A DNA stretch of 53,940 nt from Deltaproteobacteria bacterium (lineage in GTDB: Bacteria > Desulfobacterota > Binatia > UBA12015). The notes beneath the pieces are model-generated. The model searched no databases, was not told the DNA's origin, and saw only the letters and a program-made list of their open reading frames with translations. Shown here in pieces: positions 9,968 through 18,784 of this stretch (position 1 is the stretch's first letter; the number at the start of each line of letters is the position of its first letter). The DNA lies in the NCBI GenBank assembly GCA_046583355.1, contig JAYGCM010000091.1, positions 1 to 53,940 on the forward strand, written 5' to 3'. The position numbers were made by a program, and so were the translations under genes.

Positions 9968-10345
9968 GTGCGGGAAACCCACGGCGGCTCCCGTGCTCCG
10001 ACGCTTCCACGTGAGGCTCGGCTGCGCAAACGGCGTGATTTCCTGGCCCTGCGCCGCCGGGGCCAGCGCTCTCGGACGCCTCATTTTCTGATCGTCCGTG
10101 ACAAAGGCACGCCTGAGCCCACTCGGCTCGGCATCACGGTGACCAAGAAAATTGGCTGTGCGGTTATCCGAAACCGGATCAAACGCGGTGTCCGCGAAGC
10201 CTTTCGCCACGTCCGCCACGACCTTCCAACGCATATGACCGTACTTGTGATCGCCCAGCGTGGTGCCGGTGAACTCAGTTCCGCTGCGGTAGCTGACGAA
10301 ATCTATGCCGCTCTCCTCCCCGCGAAGCAGGCGCCCGCATGCTAA
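9968..10345 (+). CDS. rnpA: Ribonuclease P protein component
   Basis: [29 protein letters not shown] (RNR motif); synteny. Confidence 0.95.
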   Translation: MRETHGGSRAPTLPREARLRKRRDFLALRRRGQRSRTPHFLIVRDKGTPEPTRLGITVTKKIGCAVIRNRIKRGVREAFRHVRHDLPTHMTVLVIAQRGAGELSSAAVADEIYAALLPAKQAPAC

Positions 10346-10587
10346 ATGCATTTGAATCCGTGCTGACCGCTGCACTGCGGTCCGTGCTACGCCTCTACCA
10401 GCTGACCCTCTCACCCCTACTCGGGCCAAGTTGCCGCTTTGCACCGAGCTGTTCCACGTTCTTCCGCGAAGCCCTCACCCGCCACGGTCCGTGGCAGGGG
10501 AGCTGGCTCGGCATTCGCCGCATCCTGCGCTGCCACCCCTGGGGCGCCCACGGCTACGACCCCGTACCGCCGGCACCCAAGGCATAG
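10339..10587 (+). CDS. yidD: Membrane protein insertion efficiency factor YidD
   Basis: YQ..LSP...CRFAPSCS...HG...G......RILRCHPW...GYDPVP. Confidence 0.95.
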   Translation: MLNAFESVLTAALRSVLRLYQLTLSPLLGPSCRFAPSCSTFFREALTRHGPWQGSWLGIRRILRCHPWGAHGYDPVPPAPKA

Positions 10588-10598
10588 GAATTCCAACA

Positions 10599-12254
10599 AT
10601 GGATCGCCGTACACTTCTATTTTTCGCTATTTCAGCTGCAATTCTCCTGCTTTATCAGGAGTTTGTGCTGAACCCGATGATGCCCGCGCCCGGCGTCGAG
10701 GTGGCCGCTCCGGCCAATATCACACCCGCGCCGGACTCCCCCAGGGCGGCGCCGGCTGCGACCCGCGCCGAGCTGGCCGTGTTGGACGACGAACCCCTGG
10801 GTACGCTGCCGGTCGCGGCGGCGAAGCTCAAAGGGCAGACGATCCTGCTCGAGACCGATCTCTATCTCGCCAAGATCTCCACTCTTGGTGGGCGGGTCGA
10901 GAGCTTCCAACTCAAAAACTTTCGCGAAACCTCCGCGGCGGATAGCCCGCTTCTGGAACTGGTCGTGCCGGCCCCTGAAATTGAATTGCCACTCGGCATC
11001 GAGCTGCGCGGCGCGCGGGTGTGGACCGACGCATCCAGCATCTACAAGACCAGCGATAAGTCCTTGCGGGTCTCCGGAACCGAGTCCAGGACGCTGGTCC
11101 TGCGGACCTCGCTTGGCGGCAAAAACCTTGAGAAACACTTCACAATTCAGGGCGATGCCTACACTATCGGCCTGAAAACGCGGGTCCCGGATGCAACCGC
11201 CCTGCCCGCATCGCTCTCGCAAGACGGCCCCGACGGCAGCCTGCCCACGGTCGCCTTGGTCCTCACGCGCGGCGCCAAGCCGATCGAAGAAGGCACGATC
11301 TACGAGGGTACGGCCGCTTTGGTCGACGACAAACTCGAAGAGACGGCGCGTGACGACCTGGAAGAACCCGAGACGCTGCGCGGCGCGATCGGCTGGGCTG
11401 GCTTCGAGGACCATTATTTCCTCACTGCCGCCGCGCCCGACCGCGCTTCGGCTGTGCTGATGCGCCGCCGCGGCGCCACATCCCTACAGACCCGTATCCT
11501 CACCCCGCGCAACGCCAGCGGCCCGACAGACGTCGATTACACGCTTTATTTCGGACCCAAGGAACGCGCCACGCTCGACGAGGCCGGGCATGGCTTCAGC
11601 AAGGCTCTGAACCTCGGCTGGTTCGGGCCAATCTCTCTTCTATTGCTCGACCTGCTGCAATTCCTGCATCGCTTCTCAGCGAATTGGGGCGTCGATATCA
11701 TCCTGCTGACCGTCGTCGTGAAGGGTATCTTCTGGCCGCTCACCAAGAAGAGCTTCGACTCGATGCGAGCGATGCAAAAACTCCAGCCCGAAATGGCGCG
11801 GATCAAGGAAAAATACCCCGACGACCAACAGAAGCAATCCCAGGAAACCATGGAGCTCTACAAGCGCCATAAGGTGAACCCGCTGGGCGGCTGCCTGCCC
11901 ATGGTGCTGCAGATGCCGGTCTTCTTCGGGCTCTACCAATTGCTGCAGAACACCATCGAGCTGCGCCATGCGCCCTTTGCGCTCTGGATCACCGACCTCG
12001 CGGCGCCCGAACGACTTCAGGTCTTCGGCTACGCGATACCTGTCCTGACCATCGTCCTGGGTGCCTCGATGTTCCTGCAGCAGAAGATGACGCCGAGCGC
12101 GGCCGATCCGACCCAACAGCGCATCATGATGCTCATGCCCTTGGTCTTCACCTTCATGTTCATCAATTTCCCGGCCGGCCTCACGCTTTATTGGTTGACT
12201 CAGAATATTCTCACGATCGGCCAGCAATGGCTGAACCTACGCAAACCTGCCTGA
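10599..12254 (+). CDS. yidC: Membrane protein insertase YidC
   Basis: MDRRTLL start, YFGPK, NWGVDIILLT, VNPLGGCLP..LQMPVF, PAGLTLYW. Confidence 0.96.
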   Translation: MDRRTLLFFAISAAILLLYQEFVLNPMMPAPGVEVAAPANITPAPDSPRAAPAATRAELAVLDDEPLGTLPVAAAKLKGQTILLETDLYLAKISTLGGRVESFQLKNFRETSAADSPLLELVVPAPEIELPLGIELRGARVWTDASSIYKTSDKSLRVSGTESRTLVLRTSLGGKNLEKHFTIQGDAYTIGLKTRVPDATALPASLSQDGPDGSLPTVALVLTRGAKPIEEGTIYEGTAALVDDKLEETARDDLEEPETLRGAIGWAGFEDHYFLTAAAPDRASAVLMRRRGATSLQTRILTPRNASGPTDVDYTLYFGPKERATLDEAGHGFSKALNLGWFGPISLLLLDLLQFLHRFSANWGVDIILLTVVVKGIFWPLTKKSFDSMRAMQKLQPEMARIKEKYPDDQQKQSQETMELYKRHKVNPLGGCLPMVLQMPVFFGLYQLLQNTIELRHAPFALWITDLAAPERLQVFGYAIPVLTIVLGASMFLQQKMTPSAADPTQQRIMMLMPLVFTFMFINFPAGLTLYWLTQNILTIGQQWLNLRKPA

Positions 12255-12357
12255 ACCGGCCGCGCCTATTCCCAGTTCCGCTGATTGACATATCGGAACA
12301 TCGTCAATCCCTTTTTTTAATGCTTGGGATGCAAGCTCTGCATCCCAAGCCGGAATC

Positions 12358-13740
12358 ATGGCATCCTATTTTGCAGATACGATCGCGGCGATCGCGACAC
12401 CGCGCGGCGCCGGCGCGATCGCCATTCTGCGCTTGAGCGGGGTAGATGCCTGCGCCATCGCAGGAAAGCTCCTGCGCCGAACCAACGGTACGCCGCTGGC
12501 CTTGGACGACTCCCACCGTGCCCGCCGCGCGCAGCTACTCGATGGCCCCGCCGGCCAGCCCCTCGACGATGTCCTGGTGCTGCCGATGCTGGCTCCGGGA
12601 ACCGCGACGGGCGAGGATTGCGTCGAAATTCACTGCCATGGCGGGGCCTTTCTGCTCGACCGCGCCCTGCGCGCGGCACTCGCCGCGGGTGCCCGCGCGG
12701 CCCGGCCCGGCGAGTTCACGCAGCGGGGTTTCCTCAACGGGCGACTCGACCTATGCCAGGCCGAAGCAGTGGCCGACCTCGCCGAAGCATCCAGCCAGGC
12801 GGGCCTGCGTGCGGCCTGGCAACAACTCGAAGGGCGCCTCTCGCAGCGCATTCACCAGCTCCGCGACCAACTCCTGGATACCCGCGCGCTGGTCGAGGCC
12901 CACCTCGATTTTCCCGAAGAAGACCTTCCGCCCGAGACGCTACGCGAATTGGAAAAAGCGCAGGCCGGCGTCGTGAGCGAGATCGCATCGCTCTGCGAGA
13001 CCTTTGCGCGCGGCCGGCTTGCCCGCGAGGGCCTGCGCCTCGTCCTGGTGGGCCGCCCGAACGTCGGAAAATCTTCCCTGATGAATGCACTCCTGGGCCG
13101 CGAGCGCGCCTTGGTCAGCGACGTGCCGGGGACGACCCGTGACTATCTCGAAGAGCCATTTGCGATCGGCGACCTGCGGGCGCTTTTGTCGGATACGGCC
13201 GGAATCCGTGCCACCGAAGATGCGGTCGAACAGGCCGGCGTGGCGCGCAGCCGCGAGCAGATCGAAGCAGCTGACATTCTTCTCATCGTTCTCGATGGCT
13301 CTGCACCACTAACCGCCACGGATAGCGAGATTCTTGCCGATACCGCAGGCCAGGACCGTCTCATTCTGCGCAACAAATCCGATCTTGACGAAGCCTGGCC
13401 GGCGAGTAGCCTGCACACCGAGACCCGGCTTCTTCCGGTGTCGGCCAAGGCCGGCAGCGGGCTAACGCCCCTGTGCCAGGCAATCCTGGAGATGCTACCC
13501 GCAGAGGGAGAAGCCCTCCGAGAAGAGGTCGTGGTGACGCGCGCCCGGCACCACGAAGCGCTGGAGATGGCCGGTGCGGCAGCCGAGCGGGCGAGCGAGT
13601 TGCTAGCCGTGGGAGGCGGGCTCGACCTGGTTGCCTGCGAGTTGCAGGCTGCGACCGCCGAACTCGACTCCTTGGTCGGCCTCTCGACGCCCGAAGATAT
13701 TCTCGACCGAATCTTCGAGCGCTTCTGCATCGGAAAGTAG
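12358..13740 (+). CDS. mnmE: tRNA modification GTPase MnmE
   Basis: DTIAAIAT, GRPNVGKSS, PGTTRD, DTAG, NKSD, terminal FCIGK. Confidence 0.97.
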   Translation: MASYFADTIAAIATPRGAGAIAILRLSGVDACAIAGKLLRRTNGTPLALDDSHRARRAQLLDGPAGQPLDDVLVLPMLAPGTATGEDCVEIHCHGGAFLLDRALRAALAAGARAARPGEFTQRGFLNGRLDLCQAEAVADLAEASSQAGLRAAWQQLEGRLSQRIHQLRDQLLDTRALVEAHLDFPEEDLPPETLRELEKAQAGVVSEIASLCETFARGRLAREGLRLVLVGRPNVGKSSLMNALLGRERALVSDVPGTTRDYLEEPFAIGDLRALLSDTAGIRATEDAVEQAGVARSREQIEAADILLIVLDGSAPLTATDSEILADTAGQDRLILRNKSDLDEAWPASSLHTETRLLPVSAKAGSGLTPLCQAILEMLPAEGEALREEVVVTRARHHEALEMAGAAAERASELLAVGGGLDLVACELQAATAELDSLVGLSTPEDILDRIFERFCIGK

Positions 13741-13755
13741 AACTCGGGAAAACCC

Positions 13756-15618
13756 TTGAAAAATCTAGAAATTATCGTCGTCGGCGCCGGCCATGCCGGG
13801 ATCGAGGCCGCGTTAGCGGCAGCGCGCATGGGTGCCACGACCCTGCTGCTGACATCCAACCTCGACCATATCGGTCAGATGTCGTGCAACCCCGCCATCG
13901 GCGGTGTCGGCAAAGGGCATCTGGTCAAGGAGATCGACGCACTTGGCGGCGAGATGGCGCGTGCGATCGACGCGACGGGAATCCAATTTCGCACGCTGAA
14001 TACGCGCAAGGGGCCTGCCGTACGCGCCAGCCGGGCACAAGCCGACAAGGCGGCCTACCGCCTGCGCATGAAAGCCGTGGTCGAGAGCTGCCCGAACCTG
14101 ATTATCCGCGAAGCGATGGTCGACCGGCTGCTGGTCGAGGGCGGCAGGGTCACGGGCATCGTCACCGAATTAGGCGAGGAATTTCGCGCCTCCGCGACCG
14201 TTCTCACCACCGGCACCTTCCTGCGCGGGCTGATGCATATCGGCGACCGGAACAAAGAAGGTGGCCGCGCCGGTGACCTGGCCTCGCAGGGCCTGAGTCC
14301 GCACCTCGCGGAGCTCGGTTTCCCCATCGGCCGGCTCAAGACCGGCACCTGTCCTCGCCTCGATGCGCGCACGATCGATTTCAGTGGGCTCGAAGAACAG
14401 CGCGGCGACGAACGACCCGTGCCCTTTTCCTTTTCCACCCGCTCACTGCCGCTGCGCCAGGTCTCCTGCCACATCACACGGACCAACGCTGCCACCCACG
14501 AGATCATCCGCAGCAACCTGGAACGCTCGCCGATGTATAGCGGCCAGATCCACAGCCGCGGCCCACGGTATTGCCCCGCGATCGAAGACAAGATCGTCCG
14601 CTTCGCCGATCGTGAGTCGCATTCCATCTTCCTTGAGCCCGAGGGCCTCGACACCATCGAGATTTATCCCAATGGGCTCTCGACGGCGCTTCCTCTCGAC
14701 GTACAGGTCGCGATGGTGCGCTCGATTCGCGGCCTGGAGAACGCCGAGATCCTGCGCCCCGGCTACGCGATCGAATACGATTTCATCGACCCCCTGGAGC
14801 TGCGCCACTCCCTGGAAACCCGCCGGCTCGGCGGGCTCTACCTGGCCGGACAGATCAACGGCACCACGGGCTACGAGGAGGCCGCGGCACAAGGGCTGAT
14901 GGCAGGGATCAACGCAGTGCGTCAAATACGCCGGGAAGAACCTCTACGGCTCGGCCGCGACGAGGCTTATATCGGCGTACTCATTGACGATCTCGTGACC
15001 AAAGGCGTCGGCGGCGAGCCCTATCGGATGTTCACCTCGCGCGCCGAGCATCGTCTCCTGCTGCGAGAAGACAACGCACGGGAAAGGCTCAGCAAAATCG
15101 GTCATTCGATCGGCCTGCTCGGCAACGAGGCCTGGGCCGATTTCCAGGCCTACCGAGAGCAAGCAAACGACCTCGACACCCTGCTCTCACAGGCGAAAAT
15201 CCGTGTCGGCGAGGAAACCAACCGAACGCTCGCCTCGCTTGGGCTCGACCCGATCCGCGACACACTCTCGGCCCGCGACCTGCTGGGCCGACCGCATGTG
15301 GATTGGGAGATGCTGCGCGCTCTTGGTGTCGAGCTTCCCGCGGATGTCGAACGCCACACCAGCCTCGTTCTGGACCTGAAATATTCAGGCTATGTCCGCC
15401 GTCAAAAAGACCTGGTCCAGCGCAGCGCCGGATTGGAAAAAACCCGCGTTCCAGAGAACCTCAAATTCAACGAGATCTCCGGTCTCTCCAACGAAGTCTG
15501 CGAGCGCCTCAGTCGCGTGCAGCCAGCGACTCTCGGCCAGGCCGCCCGCATCCCCGGCATTACCCCGGCCGCCATCACATTGCTCGGCATCCACCTCAAA
15601 CGCGCCTCCCGAGGCTGA
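13756..15618 (+). CDS. mnmG: tRNA uridine-5-carboxymethylaminomethyl modification enzyme MnmG (GidA)
   Basis: [54 protein letters not shown]. Confidence 0.98.
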   Translation: MKNLEIIVVGAGHAGIEAALAAARMGATTLLLTSNLDHIGQMSCNPAIGGVGKGHLVKEIDALGGEMARAIDATGIQFRTLNTRKGPAVRASRAQADKAAYRLRMKAVVESCPNLIIREAMVDRLLVEGGRVTGIVTELGEEFRASATVLTTGTFLRGLMHIGDRNKEGGRAGDLASQGLSPHLAELGFPIGRLKTGTCPRLDARTIDFSGLEEQRGDERPVPFSFSTRSLPLRQVSCHITRTNAATHEIIRSNLERSPMYSGQIHSRGPRYCPAIEDKIVRFADRESHSIFLEPEGLDTIEIYPNGLSTALPLDVQVAMVRSIRGLENAEILRPGYAIEYDFIDPLELRHSLETRRLGGLYLAGQINGTTGYEEAAAQGLMAGINAVRQIRREEPLRLGRDEAYIGVLIDDLVTKGVGGEPYRMFTSRAEHRLLLREDNARERLSKIGHSIGLLGNEAWADFQAYREQANDLDTLLSQAKIRVGEETNRTLASLGLDPIRDTLSARDLLGRPHVDWEMLRALGVELPADVERHTSLVLDLKYSGYVRRQKDLVQRSAGLEKTRVPENLKFNEISGLSNEVCERLSRVQPATLGQAARIPGITPAAITLLGIHLKRASRG

Positions 15619-15634
15619 CGTTTCACGTGAAACA
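15619..15634. promoter_or_regulatory. parS site 1 (CGTTTCACGTGAAACA)
   Basis: 15/16 match to the parS palindrome TGTTTCACGTGAAACA, directly after the mnmG stop. Confidence 0.92.
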
Positions 15635-15762
15635 ATCCGGGCCACCAACGGGCTCGGAGGCCTCTGCCTTACGCCGCCAGGCATTCGGGCACCTGAGAGT
15701 AGCTTTATCGGCAGAAATCCATGCCTTGCTGTCCGGGGGGTGGTTGGCGTCTGAAGCGGGAT

Positions 15763-15969
15763 AGTCGCCCGAGTCCGGCACCCCCGGCCTGCAGGTCGGG
15801 CCGGTGCCTTTGCTTCGGGTCTTCGATCAACGGTTCAGCTCTACCTGTCTGGCAGGTGGGCTACGTGCATATGCCATGCCCTGCTGTCCGGGGGTGCCGG
15901 ACTCGGGCTGGTTCGTCACGGTGTCCTCTCGCACTCCTCAACCTGGCGCCGCCGGGTGACGGGCGATGC
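15763..15969. repeat. Left arm of ~205-bp inverted repeat (partner 17376-17583)
   Basis: Core 15763-15923 vs reverse complement of 17422-17583 shows 8 differences in ~161 bp by manual alignment, including a 66-bp identical run (15770-15835). Confidence 0.93.
15767..15908. mobile_element. MITE/REP-like 142-bp element with perfect 21-bp terminal inverted repeats (copy 1)
   Basis: GCCCGAGTCCGGCACCCCCGG at 15767-15787 and its exact reverse complement at 15888-15908; no target-site duplication seen, so mobility is inferred. Confidence 0.5.
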
Positions 15970-16048
15970 GGCGATTTGGTCTCTCTTCCACCAGAATTCA
16001 GGTGGCGGCGGGACTCCAAGGCGGGCGGGCTTTGGGGGGCGAGGTAGA

Positions 16049-16064
16049 TGTTTCACGTGAAACA
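16049..16064. promoter_or_regulatory. parS site 2 (perfect)
   Basis: TGTTTCACGTGAAACA. Confidence 0.95.
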
Positions 16065-16077
16065 GGAGCACCGGGCT

Positions 16078-16731
16078 TCAGATCCGGGTCCAGGTGGTGA
16101 GGTGGAAACGCCTATCGGTGCCGGGAGATAGGTAACTCTGGCGCGTGGGTGGGTGGAAAGCAGGGGTCTGGGGCTGAGAGTCCGGTGAATTCGGGCCCTG
16201 AAACGCCATAGCCAGACCACCGGCGCGTAGAATGGGCGCCGCAACAATGAGGAACTCATTGAGGTCGGAGAACGTGGCGCGCGAACAGACGGCATCCGCA
16301 GTCGCGGCAACGTCAAGCGCGTCGGCCCGGCATTGGGCGACTTCGATTGGACACTGCGGGATGGCGCGCGCCACGGCGCGGAGGAAATGAGCCCGGCGCT
16401 GGCGCGGTTCGACGAGGATCGTGCGGGCTGGGCGCAGGAAGATCGCGAGCGGAATTCCGGGAAATCCAGCCCCGCTGCCCAGATCTACCAACGTCTCGAG
16501 GTCCGGTAGCCGCTGCTGGAGTACCTGCGCCGCCGCCAGGCTATCCAGAATATGCCGCTCGACAAGGGTGGCCGGCGCGTAATCGGCCACCAAGTTCAAA
16601 CGGGGCGCCCAAGTCTGCAACGTCTCAAGGAAGCTGAACAATGCCGCGGCTCTTTCCTCGGAGAATTCCAGCCCAAGCGCAGCCACTCCTTCCCGCAGGA
16701 GCCGCTGCGAAACATCATCTATCCCGGCCAC
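16078..16731 (-). CDS. rsmG: 16S rRNA m7G527 methyltransferase RsmG (GidB), inverted relative to mnmG and parA
   Basis: W...LNLVA, RHILDSL, LVDLGSGAGFPGIPLAI, LVEP....AHFLR, SRA motifs. Confidence 0.95.
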   Translation of the reverse strand: MAGIDDVSQRLLREGVAALGLEFSEERAAALFSFLETLQTWAPRLNLVADYAPATLVERHILDSLAAAQVLQQRLPDLETLVDLGSGAGFPGIPLAIFLRPARTILVEPRQRRAHFLRAVARAIPQCPIEVAQCRADALDVAATADAVCSRATFSDLNEFLIVAAPILRAGGLAMAFQGPNSPDSQPQTPAFHPPTRQSYLSPGTDRRFHLTTWTRI

Positions 16732-16891
16732 ACAAGCTCCTTAACCTGAACCACCCAGTGGAGGCGAGTGCGCAACTGTGCCGCCCCCTAACACGACCCG
16801 TTGCCTCTCCGCCTCGAGCCAACCTCGCGGACCGTGCGAGCGAACACTCCGAAAAAGGCCCGTAAACAGGCCGTTTTCGCGACGCCAGGAT

Positions 16892-16907
16892 TGTTTCACG
16901 TGAAACA
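16892..16907. promoter_or_regulatory. parS site 3 (perfect)
   Basis: TGTTTCACGTGAAACA. Confidence 0.95.
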
Positions 16908-17028
16908 CCCGACTACAGCACCCGCAGTCCCGCCAACGCCAACTTCCCCGCACCTGAACTCCGTCGCCCGAAACACCGCCCGCTATCCGCACACGCCCAC
17001 CCCTTCACGTCCCGCACCGCGCCTCCAT

Positions 17029-17044
17029 TATTTCACGTGAAACA
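17029..17044. promoter_or_regulatory. parS site 4 (TATTTCACGTGAAACA)
   Basis: 15/16 match to the parS consensus. Confidence 0.85.
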
Positions 17045-17099
17045 CCAGCCTTCCCACTAATGTCGTCATCCCGGCACGACACGCCCGCGCCACCCCAAC

Positions 17100-17115
17100 T
17101 GTTTCACGTGAAACA
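17100..17115. promoter_or_regulatory. parS site 5 (perfect)
   Basis: TGTTTCACGTGAAACA. Confidence 0.95.
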
Positions 17116-17190
17116 CCCGGCCCCCGAACCAAGCGCCGACCGCCGGACCCGCCCGCCAAAGGCCAAAGACGCCAGACCACCTGAAACCAG

Positions 17191-17393
17191 CCGGGTGACG
17201 GGTGCTGCCGGGCGGTGAACCTGAAGCCACCGCGACGAGCCCCCCGTAAAAGCGACAGCGGAGACCGGGAACCCCAATCCAACACCTGGCGCTACCACCA
17301 AACCCCAAGGGGTGATCCGGGCTCCGATGCGCGGCTGCCCCGCACAAAAAGAGCGCCGACAAGGTGAACCGCCCGGCATTACCCGTTACCCGG
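17191..17393. repeat. Segment bounded by an imperfect 32-bp inverted repeat
   Basis: CCGGGTGACGGGTGCTGCCGGGCGGTGAACCT (17191-17222) vs reverse complement of 17362-17393: 27/32 identical. Confidence 0.7.
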
Positions 17394-17583
17394 CGGCGCC
17401 AACCCAAGGAGCCGAAGCTGCCACCGCGACGAACCGGCCCGAGTCCGGCACCCCCGGACAGCAGGGCATGGCATATGCACGTAGCCCCACCCGCCAGAAA
17501 GGTAGACCTCAACCGTTGATCGAAGACCCGAAGCAAAGGCACCGGCCCGACCTGCAGGCCGGGGGTGCCGGACTCGCGCGACT
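17376..17583. repeat. Right arm of ~205-bp inverted repeat (partner 15763-15969)
   Basis: Reverse complement aligns to 15763-15969; see left arm. Confidence 0.93.
17437..17579. mobile_element. MITE/REP-like element, copy 2 (opposite orientation)
   Basis: Same terminal repeat at 17437-17457 and 17559-17579 (one mismatch). Confidence 0.5.
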
Positions 17584-17682
17584 CGCCCCCTCAGCCCACC
17601 GAAGCAACTCAACCAACCCAATATCCAGAGAGCCCGCACCAAAAAAACTAAATAAACCGTACACTTTACCAAGAAGCCCAAG

Positions 17683-17698
17683 TGTTTCACGTGAAACA
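17683..17698. promoter_or_regulatory. parS site 6 (perfect)
   Basis: TGTTTCACGTGAAACA, ~130 bp upstream of parA. Confidence 0.95.
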
Positions 17699-17829
17699 TT
17701 GCCGAAACGAACCGGCACAATTCCCGCCCAAAAGGCCAACTCCTGGACAGAAAAAAAACAAGTAAAAACCAAGAGAAAAGGTACCGAACACTTCAGAGCG
17801 GTGTCTCGATCTGGTAGGAGCATCAACCT

Positions 17830-18750
17830 ATGGGACGCGTAATTGCGATCGTTAACCAAAAGGGCGGTGTTGGAAAAACTACCACGGCCGTGAACCTCAG
17901 CGCCGGCCTCGCCATGAACGGCCTATCCACCCTGATGATCGACATGGACTCCCAATGCAGCGGGACCAGCGGCCTCGGTATTCGCCTCGGACCGACCGAG
18001 GCCTCGACCTATGATGTGCTCGTCGGAACCGCCAACGCCGACCGCGCCCTGCGGCGCACCATGCTCCCGCGCCTCCAGGTCATCGGGGCCAGCCAAGACC
18101 TGATCGGTGCCGAGATCGAACTCGTTCAGGTCGAGAACCGCGAACAGCGCCTGCGCGACGCATTGGCGACCCTGCGCTACCGCTATGATTTCATCATCAT
18201 GGATTGTCCGCCCTCGCTCGGACTCGTCACCCTGAACGCACTTACCGCCTGCGACTCCCTCCTGATTCCACTCCAATGCGAATATTACGCACTCGAGGGA
18301 CTCAGCGCGCTGCTCACCACGGTCGGCCTCGTGCGCGATAATCTCAACCCGGACCTCGCCATTGACGGAATCCTCCTCACCATGTTCGACGGGCGCAATA
18401 CCCTCTGCCGCCAAGTTGCCGATGACGTCAAAACCCATTTCCCGGACAAGGTATTTGACGCAGTCATACCAAGAAATGTCCGACTGAGCGAAAGCCCGAG
18501 CCACGGCTTGCCGGCACTGCTCTATGACCCTTCTTCCAAAGGGGCCCTGGCCTACGCAGAACTGGCAAAAGAGCTGGTAGCCCGCGTGGATAGCTACTCG
18601 AGCAAGCCTGCGTTGAATGCAGCCGTAGCGAATGCCGCTACGCCACAGGAAGCTGCGGCGGCGGGCACAGCGCCAGCGGCCGAGGCTGCCGCTGCCGCTG
18701 CAAGTGCCAGCACCGAGCCAGGCGACAAAAAACAATTCGAAGGTTCCTGA
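17830..18750 (+). CDS. parA: Chromosome partitioning ATPase ParA/Soj
   Basis: NQKGGVGKTTT deviant Walker A, DCPPSLG, PLQCEYYALEG, IPRNVRLSESPSHG; AGGAG SD upstream. Confidence 0.97.
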   Translation: MGRVIAIVNQKGGVGKTTTAVNLSAGLAMNGLSTLMIDMDSQCSGTSGLGIRLGPTEASTYDVLVGTANADRALRRTMLPRLQVIGASQDLIGAEIELVQVENREQRLRDALATLRYRYDFIIMDCPPSLGLVTLNALTACDSLLIPLQCEYYALEGLSALLTTVGLVRDNLNPDLAIDGILLTMFDGRNTLCRQVADDVKTHFPDKVFDAVIPRNVRLSESPSHGLPALLYDPSSKGALAYAELAKELVARVDSYSSKPALNAAVANAATPQEAAAAGTAPAAEAAAAAASASTEPGDKKQFEGS

Positions 18751-18784
18751 TCCGGCACCGGATCAGGACGTGGGGAGGCGGGTC

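Noticed and set aside
15619..17698. Repeated 16-bp palindromes as a CRISPR array
   Set aside because: They match parS, are too short, are irregularly spaced (71 to more than 800 bp), and no cas genes are present.
16741..17859. Short ORFs in the parS region
   Set aside because: Low-complexity translations of repeats and parS (recurrent FHVK/VSRET), with no SD or domain support.
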